Assembly: GCA_965261975.1 (NCBI GenBank)
Contig: CBDHEC010000022.1
Location: 1 to 64,000, forward strand
Length of the DNA: 64,000 nt
Direction: 5' to 3'
Source of the DNA: Alphaproteobacteria bacterium
GTDB taxonomy: Bacteria > Pseudomonadota > Alphaproteobacteria > UBA6615
The notes under the pieces were generated by a model. The model saw only the letters and a list, made by a program, of their open reading frames with translations. It did no database searches and was not told the origin of the DNA. Below are positions 46,772-56,888 of the stretch, piece by piece. Each line of letters starts with the position of its first letter. Within the stretch, counting starts at the first letter, position 1. Both the position numbers and the translations under genes were made by a program.

Positions 46772-47992
46772 TCAACTGGTGCGGCGCATCTCGATCCAGC
46801 GCAGCAGCAACATGAGCCCGCTTCCCGTGACGGCGGCGATGACGAGCGTAACGGGCGCGGAATCCCAGGTTCCCGTGACCGTGACGACCTTCGCCATGGC
46901 CACGGGCCCGAGGAGTTGCCCGAGCTGCGAACCCTGCATCATCAAACCGGTCGTCGCACCGACGAGCGCGGCCGTCGGTGCGACGACCGCCGCGGTGGCG
47001 AAGAGGCAGGCGGGAATGATACCCGCGATGAAGGACAGGAAGATCGCCGCCGACAAACGCACGGCGAACGTCAGACCATCGTCATACATCAACATCGCGC
47101 TCACCCCGAGGAGTGCGAATGTCATGATCACGAGCTTCCAGCGCGCCACGCCGCGATGAATGGCGATGCCGCCGACGATGTTGCCGACCACGTTGACCGC
47201 GGTCACGAACGCCGTCAGCGGCGCCACGCTTCCCAGCCCGAGCGCCTCCGCCTCCACATAGAAGGTGGGAAGCAAGGCCACCACCGTCACATGGATGGAG
47301 GAATAGGTCGTGAATGTCAGGGCCAACACGAGCGGCCCGGCTTGCGTGAAAGTGCGCAGCGCCTGTCCGAATGGCGGCGGCGGTGCCGGCGGGTGGATCA
47401 CGTCCCTGCTTCGCGTCCCAAAGGCAACCAGTAGCATGACCAAGATCGCCAGCACGCCATTGACGCTCCACAGGCCGCGCCACCCTGACGCCTCCAGGAT
47501 AATCGGCGTCACGAGAATCATGATAGCCACACCGGCCGGCCAGTAACCGCCGTAGAAGCCGAAAATCAGGCGATGGTGACGCGGCTCGGCAAACTGCAGA
47601 AACAACGCCGGCGCCACGGCGACGACCACAACAAACCCGAACCCCTCGAGCACACGGCTTGCGAGCAGCATGGCGAAACCATCCGCACCGGCACCCAGGA
47701 AGCTCGCCGCGGCCATCGCGACGAAGCCGGACAGAAGCAGCTTGCGATGACCCAGTCGATCTCCCAGCGCGCCGGCGAACATGCCGAATGCGATGCCCAG
47801 CAGGTTGAAGATGGAAATGATCCAGACACCCTCTTCCAGGGAGAGGCCAAGATCGGCCTGCATCACCGGCAGCGCGACGGGCGCCTTGCCGATCTGGAAG
47901 GCCGCCGTGACGGAGGCCAGCACGACAACGCAGACCGCAAACCAGTTGGTCCGCGACCGCGGCTCACCCGTGCGGGCGTCATGCGCGCTCAT
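46772..47992 (-). CDS. MFS transporter (CynX/NimT-like)
   Basis: GALGDRLGHRK motif A, SRVLEGFG, ~12 TM. Confidence 0.87.
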   Translation of the reverse strand: MSAHDARTGEPRSRTNWFAVCVVVLASVTAAFQIGKAPVALPVMQADLGLSLEEGVWIISIFNLLGIAFGMFAGALGDRLGHRKLLLSGFVAMAAASFLGAGADGFAMLLASRVLEGFGFVVVVAVAPALFLQFAEPRHHRLIFGFYGGYWPAGVAIMILVTPIILEASGWRGLWSVNGVLAILVMLLVAFGTRSRDVIHPPAPPPPFGQALRTFTQAGPLVLALTFTTYSSIHVTVVALLPTFYVEAEALGLGSVAPLTAFVTAVNVVGNIVGGIAIHRGVARWKLVIMTFALLGVSAMLMYDDGLTFAVRLSAAIFLSFIAGIIPACLFATAAVVAPTAALVGATTGLMMQGSQLGQLLGPVAMAKVVTVTGTWDSAPVTLVIAAVTGSGLMLLLRWIEMRRTS

Positions 47993-48001
47993 GTTCGGGG
48001 A

Positions 48002-48700
48002 TCAGGCTTTTGGGGCGATGTGGAGATACAACCGCGGCCCGCTAAGCGACACCGTGGGGCGATAATGGCCCGCTTCCTGATGGGGCACGACGTCGCGGAT
48101 CAGCGAATCGAGCATCCAGGCCTCTCCGGCAAAGTTGACCGCGAGCACCGCATGCTGGCGGTTACGGTCCTGGTCGAGGACCTGCACAATCCGCATCCGC
48201 GCCGGGTGGAAGCCCACTTTCTCAAGCAGCTTGAACTTGGCCATCGCGAAATCTTCGCAATCGCCGCCATTCTTGAAGAACGTCGCCGTATCGGCCCAGA
48301 AATCGCGCAACCCGTAATTGTCGATATCCTCGATATACGGCATGCGGTTGGCGAAATCGTTGACCATGCGCATGCGCTCTTGCGCACTGAAGGCGCCCGC
48401 CGCCTGGAAGATGGCGTCCGGCGTACCGCCACTGACCGCCGATACCGGTGCCGCCTTGACCACCGCCTGCGCGAAATCGGAGGCGATCTCATCTTCGAGC
48501 GGCTTGATGGCGGCGCGTGCGCGCGGCAGCTTCTTGACCGTGCTGCCGATGAAATATTCCTTGGTTCCGAACAACGCCGGAAAGCCGCTCACGGGCTTGG
48601 AGACATCCTCGACACCCGCGACCGACGCCCATGCCGACGAGCCGGCCAGGGAGGCCGCCGCACCGGCACCCAGTGCCGCCAGAAAACCGCGTCGTTCCAT
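48002..48700 (-). CDS. Transglutaminase-like cysteine peptidase (BTLCP/LapG, C93) with a Tat signal
   Basis: Y.EDIDNYG..DFWA, GDCEDFAMAK (Cys), HAVL (His), MLDS (Asp); N-terminal ERRGFL. Confidence 0.87.
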   Translation of the reverse strand: MERRGFLAALGAGAAASLAGSSAWASVAGVEDVSKPVSGFPALFGTKEYFIGSTVKKLPRARAAIKPLEDEIASDFAQAVVKAAPVSAVSGGTPDAIFQAAGAFSAQERMRMVNDFANRMPYIEDIDNYGLRDFWADTATFFKNGGDCEDFAMAKFKLLEKVGFHPARMRIVQVLDQDRNRQHAVLAVNFAGEAWMLDSLIRDVVPHQEAGHYRPTVSLSGPRLYLHIAPKA

Positions 48701-48794
48701 CGAAAGCTCACTAAGCCTTTGCCATGACCGAAAACTATCACCGCCAACCGCCGAGCCCCAATCACTAATTCGGCCGATGGTTAACCCCGGGCCG

Positions 48795-49991
48795 TCACCC
48801 TTCGAGCGCGACAGCCAGGTCCAGCAGCATCTCGTCATTCCCGTGACCGGCGATAACGCCCAGCCCCACCGGCCCGTCGGCGGTCTCGGCCAGCGGCAGC
48901 GAGACCTGGGGCAGGCGCGCCAACGGGGCGGTGCAGTTGTAAAGCTCGTTCATGTTCCGGAGCTTGTCGTAGACCGTCTCGTCCGCCCGGGCCAAGGGCG
49001 CCGCCGCCGGCGCGGCGGGCACGAGCATGACAGCATCGTCACGCAGGGTCCCGGCCATATAGCCGTCGATCATCGCGCGTTTTGACACGGCATCCGCGAT
49101 ATCCCCCGGCCCATACGCACCCCCGGCCTCAAATCGCTCGCGAAAGTTCGGGCCCATTTCAGGATCGGTCGCGCGAATCCAGTCGAGACGTGATGCGGCC
49201 GCTTCGGAGCCGCGCGTCACTTGCATCACCTGTTGCCATTCCGGGTAACCGCCGGCCAGCCCCGCACCCTCGCTCGGCCGGATCGGCGTGGCGTCACCAT
49301 AGATTGCCTCGACCCGTGCAATCGCCGGCGCGAGCGCCTCGCGCACATCTCCCGCGACCAATGCAAACGCATCCTCGGCGATCAAAATCCGCGTGGGCGG
49401 CGGCTTGTCCGACCAGTCGAGCAACACGGGCGCGATCCAGCGAAACAAGGCCGCCTCGCGCGCGAACCAGCCGCAGGTATCGAGGCTCGGTGCCAGGGGC
49501 ATCACCCCCTGCAGCGACACCCGTCCGTGGCTCGGCCGAATGCCGTACAACCCGCAGAACGACGCCGGTGCACGCACCGATCCGCCGGTGTCCGTGCCCA
49601 GCGCGAAATCGACCTGCTCGCAGGCGACGACCGACGCCGAGCCCGACGAGGACCCGCCGGGAATCCGCCCTTCGGCCCGCGGATTTATCGGTGTGCCGTA
49701 GTGAAAATTCTCGCCGATCAGGCCATAGGCGAACTCTTCGGTGATGGTTTTGCCCGCCAGGCTAGCGCCGGCATCGAGAAGTTGCCGTACCGCCGTGGCG
49801 TGGCGAGGCGCGGGGTCATGGCTTGCAAACCAGTCGGGGTTGCCGGCGCCAGTGACCACACCCTCGACATCTATGATGTCCTTGACGGCGAAACGCAGTC
49901 CCTTGAGCGGCCCTTCCGGCGCACCCGGCGCAGTTACATCGTCGATATGGCTACAGAATCCCGAGACGAATGTCCCAAACAGCTCGCTCAT
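48795..49991 (-). CDS. Amidase-signature family amidase
   Basis: FAVKD, GGSSSGS, GTDTGGSVRAPASFCG. Confidence 0.92.
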   Translation of the reverse strand: MSELFGTFVSGFCSHIDDVTAPGAPEGPLKGLRFAVKDIIDVEGVVTGAGNPDWFASHDPAPRHATAVRQLLDAGASLAGKTITEEFAYGLIGENFHYGTPINPRAEGRIPGGSSSGSASVVACEQVDFALGTDTGGSVRAPASFCGLYGIRPSHGRVSLQGVMPLAPSLDTCGWFAREAALFRWIAPVLLDWSDKPPPTRILIAEDAFALVAGDVREALAPAIARVEAIYGDATPIRPSEGAGLAGGYPEWQQVMQVTRGSEAAASRLDWIRATDPEMGPNFRERFEAGGAYGPGDIADAVSKRAMIDGYMAGTLRDDAVMLVPAAPAAAPLARADETVYDKLRNMNELYNCTAPLARLPQVSLPLAETADGPVGLGVIAGHGNDEMLLDLAVALEG

Positions 49992-49998
49992 TCTCAGT

Positions 49999-51213
49999 TT
50001 ACTCCGGTATCGGTACGGTGGGCGCCACGCCCGCCTCTTGCAGTGTCTGGGCAAGCTCCAGCAGCATTTCATCGTTGCCACGCGCCGCCGCAAGACCAAG
50101 CCCAAGGGGCAATCCGTCAACTTCCGTCAGCGGCAGCACAATTTCGGGCAACTGCCCGAGGCCGGATAGGGCGCCGATCGGCTCATTGGTCGCCCGGAAC
50201 GGATCAATTTCCGCATCGCTGCCGCCGATCCGCGGGGCCGTGCCCGGTGCCGCGGGAAGCGCGATGACGGCGCCGTCGGCGAGCAAACCATCGAGATAGG
50301 CGGAAAGCCGATCGCGCCGGACCAGGGCCTCTGCGGCCGCCTCTGCCGTCACACGCGCGCGCGCCTCGAAGCGCGCCGCGACCCCGCTCCCCAGGGTCGG
50401 CCGCTCGGACGTCATCCAGTCGCCATGCTCGGCCCATGCCTCGCGACCCCACAGCGTGCGTGCCGTGAGAGCCCATGTCTCGAGACCCGCGACGGGGGCA
50501 TCATCCGCGACCCGCAAAGGTTCGGGAGTCCCCAGCAACCCCGCCACCTTATCGATGGCACCCGCGAGCGCGTCACGGGTACGGTCGTCGACCAGCGCCA
50601 TCAAATCCTCGGCGACGAGAAACTTGCCCGTCGACGGCGCGGCGGCGAAATCGGGCAACAGCACGGCGCCAACCGTTGCGAAGAGTTCGGCGTCCCGCGC
50701 AAACCAACCGATGACATCGAGGCTGCGCGACAGGGGCATGACGCCATCTGTCGCCACCCGGCCGTGGGTCGGCCTAATCCCGTAGACGCCGCAGAAGCTT
50801 GCCGGCGAGCGCACCGACCCACCCGTGTCGGAACCAAGCGCGAAATCCACCAGCCCGGCCGTCACCGCCGCCGCGGAACCGGATGACGAGCCACCCGACA
50901 CATGACCGGGCGCGTTCAGGTTCAGCGGCGTGCCGTGATGAATATTCTCACCCGTCAGGCCGGTGGCGAACTCCTCGGTCACGGTCTTGCCGACGAGTGT
51001 GGCACCCGCATCCAGACAACGCTGGATGACCGACGCGGTGGCCGTGGCGGGGCCGTGTGTGCGCAGCCAGTCCGGATTGCCGCAACTGGTGGTCCGCCCG
51101 GCAACATCGATGATGTCCTTGGCGGCGAAAGTCTTGCCCGCCAAAGGTCCTTCGGACGCACCCTCCAGCCGAAATACGCCATCCGGCACGAACGCACCCA
51201 CCGTATCCTTCAT
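49999..51213 (-). CDS. Amidase-signature family amidase (tandem paralog)
   Basis: FAAKD, GGSSSGS, GSDTGGSVRSPASFCG. Confidence 0.92.
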   Translation of the reverse strand: MKDTVGAFVPDGVFRLEGASEGPLAGKTFAAKDIIDVAGRTTSCGNPDWLRTHGPATATASVIQRCLDAGATLVGKTVTEEFATGLTGENIHHGTPLNLNAPGHVSGGSSSGSAAAVTAGLVDFALGSDTGGSVRSPASFCGVYGIRPTHGRVATDGVMPLSRSLDVIGWFARDAELFATVGAVLLPDFAAAPSTGKFLVAEDLMALVDDRTRDALAGAIDKVAGLLGTPEPLRVADDAPVAGLETWALTARTLWGREAWAEHGDWMTSERPTLGSGVAARFEARARVTAEAAAEALVRRDRLSAYLDGLLADGAVIALPAAPGTAPRIGGSDAEIDPFRATNEPIGALSGLGQLPEIVLPLTEVDGLPLGLGLAAARGNDEMLLELAQTLQEAGVAPTVPIPE

Positions 51214-51330
51214 CGAAACCTCCCCGGGAAGAACGCGACTCTAGGGTTGGATCGGCCGCCCGCCAAGCCGTTTCACCGCGCGCATCGCCATCGTTTGCCC
51301 TGCGCACATGGCGGCGACTAACCTGACGCC

Positions 51331-51921
51331 ATGACCGACCAACCCACAGCGCTTTCAAGCGCGGAACTTGCGCAGACCGCGATCAACTGGCGCAACCTCA
51401 CCTGGGTCGTGCTGGCGCTCGCGGTGATGATCGGTGCGATCATCGTCAATGACATCTGGTTTCTGAACTTCGTACACGTGTTCACCGGGCTGCTCTGGAC
51501 CGGGATCGACCTACTGCTCGGCTTTGTGATTGGCCCCATCCTTCGGCGGCTCGAATTCCCGGTGCGCCGCGCGGTCTCCATGCGGCTCATTCCCCGACTG
51601 CTCTTCATCCTGCCGACGCTCGCCATCATCTGCCCCACCACGGGCTTGTTCATGGCCGTCGACCAGGGCTATCTCGGTCTGGCCTATCCCGAGCTGTGGT
51701 GGCTGATCGCCGCGCTGGCCATCACCGCGATCCTGTCGGTCCAGGGCATACTGGTGCTCCTGCCGACGAACGTCATGATCTATCTCGAGATGCGCAAGCC
51801 CGAACCCGACGGGCAGCGCATCGGCCGGCTGATGCGCCGTTATGTTCGGGTTGTGGCGTTCCAGGGTACGATGCAGGTCATCATCATCGTGATCATGAGC
51901 CGTTTCGCGACCGGGCTTTAG
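51331..51921 (+). CDS. Hypothetical multi-pass membrane protein
   Basis: Four to five TM helices; [12 protein letters not shown] His-containing helix as in DUF2269/CopD-like four-helix bundles. Confidence 0.75.
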   Translation: MTDQPTALSSAELAQTAINWRNLTWVVLALAVMIGAIIVNDIWFLNFVHVFTGLLWTGIDLLLGFVIGPILRRLEFPVRRAVSMRLIPRLLFILPTLAIICPTTGLFMAVDQGYLGLAYPELWWLIAALAITAILSVQGILVLLPTNVMIYLEMRKPEPDGQRIGRLMRRYVRVVAFQGTMQVIIIVIMSRFATGL

Positions 51922-52412
51922 GCTGGGCTTTCCCCGGCGATATGGCCGAGCGGCAATGCAGTGCGATAGCTGACCTGTTTGAGGGCAAAGCTCGACTTGA
52001 TGCTGGCCACCCCCGGGATCTTGGTCAGATGCTCGAGCAGGAAATGCTGGAACGAATCCAGGTCCGGCGCCACCACCCGCAGCAGGTAGTCGCTGTCGCC
52101 GGTCATCAGGTAGCACTCCATGACTTCGGGGCGCTCGACGATCCGCCGTTCGAACTCCTCCAGCGCGTTGTCGACCTGGCGCTCCAGGGAAACTTGCACG
52201 AACACGCTCACCGGCAGGCCGATAGCGGCCGGGTCCAACAGGGCCGTATAGCGTTGGATATATCCCTCGCGCTCCAGGTTCCGGACGCGGCGCAGGCAGG
52301 GCGACGGCGACAGATGCACCTTCCGCGCGAGGTCCGCATTGGCCATCCGCGCATCTTCCTGCAGCGAATCGAGGATATTTCGATCAATCGCATCGAGGTC
52401 ATTTATTGGCAT
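51918..52412 (-). CDS. Lrp/AsnC family transcriptional regulator
   Basis: [47 protein letters not shown]. Confidence 0.93.
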   Translation of the reverse strand: MPINDLDAIDRNILDSLQEDARMANADLARKVHLSPSPCLRRVRNLEREGYIQRYTALLDPAAIGLPVSVFVQVSLERQVDNALEEFERRIVERPEVMECYLMTGDSDYLLRVVAPDLDSFQHFLLEHLTKIPGVASIKSSFALKQVSYRTALPLGHIAGESPA

Positions 52413-52544
52413 ATTACGCCCTTTAAGTGGGTTGATATTGATTTCTATTGCTTGAATTGACGGAGTTCCGGCCACATACGCAATCCCGAAGAAACACCGA
52501 AATGATAGACTTGGTCAATTCCAAGCTCATACCGGACAAGACCG

Positions 52545-54932
52545 ATGCCGCGCCGCAAAGCCGACCCGAAGACCATCCTCTCGAATGTCGATATCCCGAC
52601 CCTCGAAGCGCTTGAACGAAAAATCCTGTGGTTGTCATCCTGGATGATCCACAACGCCAACCACCTGCGGGAGAACCGGGACGGGCTGAAGGTCGGCGGC
52701 CATCAGTCATCCTGTGCGTCGGCCGCCACGTTGCTGACGGCGCTATACCTCCACAGCCTCCGTCCGGAAGATCGCGTCGCGGTGAAACCCCACGCATCGC
52801 CGGTATTTCATGCCATTCAATATCTCCTGGGCCGGCAGGAGCTGAGCAAGCTCGAGGACTTCCGCGCACTGGGCGGCGCACAGTCCTACCCGTCGCGCAC
52901 CAAGGACAGCGATGACGTGGACTTCTCGACCGGTTCGGTCGGGCTCGGGGTCGGTGCCACCCTGTTCGGCGCCATGGTGCGTGACTATGTGCACCATCAC
53001 GGAATGGCCGAGGGACGGCCAAACGGCCGGTTGGTCGCGTTGATGGGCGATGCCGAGCTGGACGAAGGCAACGTTTTCGAAGCCCTTCTCGAGGGATGGA
53101 AGCATGATGTGCGAAACCTCTGGTGGGTCATCGACTACAACCGCCAGAGCCTCGACGGGGTGGTGCATGACTACCTGTTTCAGCGCATCAAGGATTTCTT
53201 CGGCACCGTCGGCTGGAATGTGGTGGAGCTCAAATACGGCAAGCTGCAGGAGGCCGCCTTCCAGTTGCCCGGCGGCGACGCGCTGCGCAAGTGGATCGAC
53301 GAATGCCCCAACCAGCTTTACGCCGCGTTGACATTCCAGGGTGCGGAGGCCTGGCGGACCCATCTGAAGACCGACATTGGCGACGTGAAGGGCATCAAGG
53401 CGTTGCTCGACGACCATGACGACGCGGCCCTGCAACGGTTGATGACCAATCTGGGTGGCCATGACATGGCCGCCACCCTCGAAGCCTTCGCGACTGTCGG
53501 CGACGACGACACGCCGCAATGCTTCGTCGCCTATACGATCAAGGGTTTCAACACGCCGTTGGCCGGCCACAAGGACAACCATTCGGGCCTGATGAACCTC
53601 GAGCAGATGGCCGACTTCAAGGCGAGCCACGAGATTCGCGACGGCCATGAATGGGACGTCGCGGAGGGGCTCGACCTTTCAGAAGACGCCATCCGCGCCT
53701 TCCTGTCGGATGTGCCCTTTGCCCAGCGGCCCACACCCGAGCCGGATGCGAAAATTCCCGTCGCGGCGCTGCCCATCCCCGAGGGCGCCCGGATGTCCAC
53801 GCAAGAGGCGTTCGGGAACATCCTCAACGATCTCGGGCGCGGCGACAGCGAACTGGCGCGCCGGATCGTGACCACCACCCCCGACGTGACGGTCACCACC
53901 AACATGGCGGGCTGGGTCAACCAGCGCGGGCTTTTCCACCAGGAAGATACCGCCGATGTGTTTCGCGACGAGAAGGTGCCGTCGGCCTTCAAATGGTCGG
54001 CGAGCCCCGGCGGCCAGCATATCGAGCTGGGCATCGCCGAGAACAACCTGTTCCTGCTGCTCGCGGCACTCGGCCTGTCCGACAAGCTGTTTGGCGCGCG
54101 GCTGCTGCCGGTGGGAGCCTTGTATGACCCGTTCATCGCGCGCGGCCTCGATTCACTGAACTACGCCTGCTACCAGGACGCCCGCTTCATGGTGGTCGCC
54201 ACCCCGTCGGGAATCACGCTGGCACCCGAAGGCGGTGCGCACCAGTCCATCAACTCGCCCCTGATCGGCCTGTCTCAACCCGGCCTCGCATCCTTTGAGC
54301 CCGCCTTTGCCGATGAGCTCGCCCATATCATGCAATGGGGTTTCGAGCATATGCAGGCCGACGACGGTGGCTCGATCTATCTGCGCTTGTCGACACTGAC
54401 GGTCGATCAGCCCGCCCGCGATTTCGCACCGATCGCCGAAGACGTGCTGGCCGGCGCCTACTGGCTGCGGGCGCCCGCCCCCGGCGCGGAACTCGCTATC
54501 GCCTACACCGGCGTCATCGCACCGGAGGCCATTGCCGCCCATGATACATTGCTGGAAGACATTCCCGGTGCCGGCTTGCTGGCGATCACCTCGGCCGACC
54601 GCCTCTATACCGAATGGCAAGCCACGACCCGCGCCCATGCGGACGGCCCCGACGTCGCGCCGTCCCACATCGACAACCTCCTGGCTCGGCTGGCACCGGA
54701 CGCAGGCCTGGTCACCGTGCTCGACGGACATCCCGCGACCCTGGCCTGGCTGGGCGGTGTCGCCAACCATGACGTGGCGGCGCTGGGCGTGGAGAGTTTC
54801 GGTCAGTCGGGCAACCTGCAGGATCTCTACCGGACACATGGCATCGATGCCGACGCAATCCTCGACGGTGCGGCGGCGGTCATCACCAAGCGCATGCGCA
54901 AGCGTGTCGGGCTTGGAGTGGCGGCAGCATAG
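52545..54932 (+). CDS. TPP-dependent 2-oxoacid dehydrogenase E1 (AceE/MdeB-like, transketolase fold)
   Basis: VGGHQSSCAS, KPHASP, QSYPSR, FSTGSVGLG, TPP motif GDAELDEG...YNRQSLD, ELGIAENN, PEGGAHQS, FGQSG. Confidence 0.88.
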   Translation: MPRRKADPKTILSNVDIPTLEALERKILWLSSWMIHNANHLRENRDGLKVGGHQSSCASAATLLTALYLHSLRPEDRVAVKPHASPVFHAIQYLLGRQELSKLEDFRALGGAQSYPSRTKDSDDVDFSTGSVGLGVGATLFGAMVRDYVHHHGMAEGRPNGRLVALMGDAELDEGNVFEALLEGWKHDVRNLWWVIDYNRQSLDGVVHDYLFQRIKDFFGTVGWNVVELKYGKLQEAAFQLPGGDALRKWIDECPNQLYAALTFQGAEAWRTHLKTDIGDVKGIKALLDDHDDAALQRLMTNLGGHDMAATLEAFATVGDDDTPQCFVAYTIKGFNTPLAGHKDNHSGLMNLEQMADFKASHEIRDGHEWDVAEGLDLSEDAIRAFLSDVPFAQRPTPEPDAKIPVAALPIPEGARMSTQEAFGNILNDLGRGDSELARRIVTTTPDVTVTTNMAGWVNQRGLFHQEDTADVFRDEKVPSAFKWSASPGGQHIELGIAENNLFLLLAALGLSDKLFGARLLPVGALYDPFIARGLDSLNYACYQDARFMVVATPSGITLAPEGGAHQSINSPLIGLSQPGLASFEPAFADELAHIMQWGFEHMQADDGGSIYLRLSTLTVDQPARDFAPIAEDVLAGAYWLRAPAPGAELAIAYTGVIAPEAIAAHDTLLEDIPGAGLLAITSADRLYTEWQATTRAHADGPDVAPSHIDNLLARLAPDAGLVTVLDGHPATLAWLGGVANHDVAALGVESFGQSGNLQDLYRTHGIDADAILDGAAAVITKRMRKRVGLGVAAA

Positions 54933-54940
54933 AAGCGCGC

Positions 54941-55819
54941 CTAACCGGCGGCCTTGCGTTCCTGGCGGGCGATATAAACCACCGCCGCGACGATCACGGC
55001 CCCGCCGACCCATGTCCAGATGGTCGGCACCTCGGCGAAGATTAAGAAACCGAGGGTCGAGGTGACGATCAGGCGGGAATAGTCATAGGACAGCACCGCC
55101 GACGCCTCCGCCGCGGTGAAGGCCCGCACCAGGCAGATATGCGCGCCCAGCCCAGCCGCGCCCAGCATGGCCATCCAGAACAAAGCCATCGGCGTCGGCC
55201 ACGCCCAGGCAAACAGCGCCGGCACCAGGGTGAACGGCACGGAGCCTATCGCCAACCAGGCGACGGTCGTGGTCGGCGCGTCGTCCTTCGACAGGAAACG
55301 GATCATCAGATTGGAACCGGCGATAAAAAGCGCCGAGATCAGCGGCAGCGCGAACAACGGATCGACCTGGGAGACACCCGGGCGCAGCACGATCCAGACC
55401 CCGACGAAACCCACCAGGGTCGCGATCCAGCGCCGGGCCCGCACCGCCTCGCCGAGGAAAAGCGCCGCCCCCATCATCCCGAACAGGGGGGCCGCGAATG
55501 TCAGCGCCGAGACCTCGGCCAGGGGGAGATTCGCCTGGGCCGTCACCAGCAGGATGAGGCCGATCATCGAGAAGGCGACCCGCAGCATCTGGCCGCCGGG
55601 ATGTGCCGAGCGCAACGCCGTGCGCCGGTTGGCGACGATCCAGGGCAGGATCAGCAGCAACAGCACCAGCGAGCGCCAGAAGGAGATGACCAGCGGGTCC
55701 GCCCCCTCCTCCACGGCGAAGCGGACCCATACCCCATGGGTACCGAAGAACAGCGAGGCGCCGAGCATCCAGATCGCGCCGCGCGCCGTGCCGGGCAGCC
55801 TGGTGAAGGCGTCAGACAA
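54941..55819 (-). CDS. DMT/EamA family transporter
   Basis: FLGEAVRARRW...VGFVGV.IVLRPG, F.EVPT..TWVG. Confidence 0.87.
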   Translation of the reverse strand: MSDAFTRLPGTARGAIWMLGASLFFGTHGVWVRFAVEEGADPLVISFWRSLVLLLLILPWIVANRRTALRSAHPGGQMLRVAFSMIGLILLVTAQANLPLAEVSALTFAAPLFGMMGAALFLGEAVRARRWIATLVGFVGVWIVLRPGVSQVDPLFALPLISALFIAGSNLMIRFLSKDDAPTTTVAWLAIGSVPFTLVPALFAWAWPTPMALFWMAMLGAAGLGAHICLVRAFTAAEASAVLSYDYSRLIVTSTLGFLIFAEVPTIWTWVGGAVIVAAVVYIARQERKAAG

Positions 55820-56780
55820 CCCGGTTGGGGACCGGCTCGCCCGCGAGAAGGAGATCGAGCCCGTCGAGCAGCATGTGGCCCATGGCTGCGCGGGAGCGCT
55901 CGGCCCCGCTGCCGATATGGGGCGTCATGAATACGTTGGGCAGTTCGAGATAGGCCGGATGAATGTCGTTGGGCTCGCCATTGAAGACATCCAGCCCCGC
56001 CGCCGCGACCTTGCCAGACCGCAGGGCATCGACCAACGCGTCATCGTCGATCAACTCGCCGCGCGCGATGTTCACGATGACCGCCTCGTCGGGCAGGAGC
56101 GCGATTCGCTCGGCGTTGAGGAAACCTTTTGTCTCCGGGGTCGAGGGGGCGCAGATCATCAGAAACGGGCTCATCGGCAGAAGCCCCTCGATGCTGGTGT
56201 AATAGCTCGCGCTTTTCTCCTGATCGAAGGAAAGCCGGGTGCGGTTGTGATAGCGGATCGTCATGTCGAAGGCCCGGGCCCGGTCCGCCACGGTCTGGCC
56301 GATCCGGCCCATCCCGAAGATGCCCAGCGCCGACCCGGTGATCTCCTTGCCGATCATCTGGCGCGGCGACCAGCTGGTCCATTCGCCGGCCCGCATCATC
56401 GCCGCCCCTTCCGCCGCCCGCCGGGCCGCCCCCAGCAAGAGCAGCATGCCGATCTCGGCGGTCGGGTTGGTAACAGCATCGGGTGTGTTCAACACGGCGA
56501 TCCCGCGTGCCTTCGCCGCCGCGGTATCGATATGGTCGAGGCCAACGGACAGGGTGAGAATGGCCCGCACGCTGTCGGGCAACCGATCGATCGTCGCCGC
56601 ATCCATCGGTTCGGTGACACAGATCAGCAACGCGTCCATGCCGTCGGCACCGGCCACCAACTCGTCGGCCGACATGATGTGATCATCGGTATTGATTACC
56701 GCGTCGTAATCCGCCGCGAGCCTGTCTTCGGTCGCGGCGAGGTGACGCCGGGTGACCAGAATCTTCGGTTCTTCGCTCAT
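55812..56780 (-). CDS. D-2-hydroxyacid dehydrogenase (glyoxylate/hydroxypyruvate reductase-like)
   Basis: SVGLDHID, NTPD, GIFGMGRIG, VNIARG, AGLDVF..EP, TPHIGS. Confidence 0.9.
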   Translation of the reverse strand: MSEEPKILVTRRHLAATEDRLAADYDAVINTDDHIMSADELVAGADGMDALLICVTEPMDAATIDRLPDSVRAILTLSVGLDHIDTAAAKARGIAVLNTPDAVTNPTAEIGMLLLLGAARRAAEGAAMMRAGEWTSWSPRQMIGKEITGSALGIFGMGRIGQTVADRARAFDMTIRYHNRTRLSFDQEKSASYYTSIEGLLPMSPFLMICAPSTPETKGFLNAERIALLPDEAVIVNIARGELIDDDALVDALRSGKVAAAGLDVFNGEPNDIHPAYLELPNVFMTPHIGSGAERSRAAMGHMLLDGLDLLLAGEPVPNRVV

Positions 56781-56888
56781 TCGCACCGGCCCTGCTGCCA
56801 ACACCAGCCTCGCTGTTAGCATTTTCGGTGATGTCCGCACCAGTCCACGCCGGTAGAGTGGGGATACTGGTTATCAAGGAGAGAGCGC

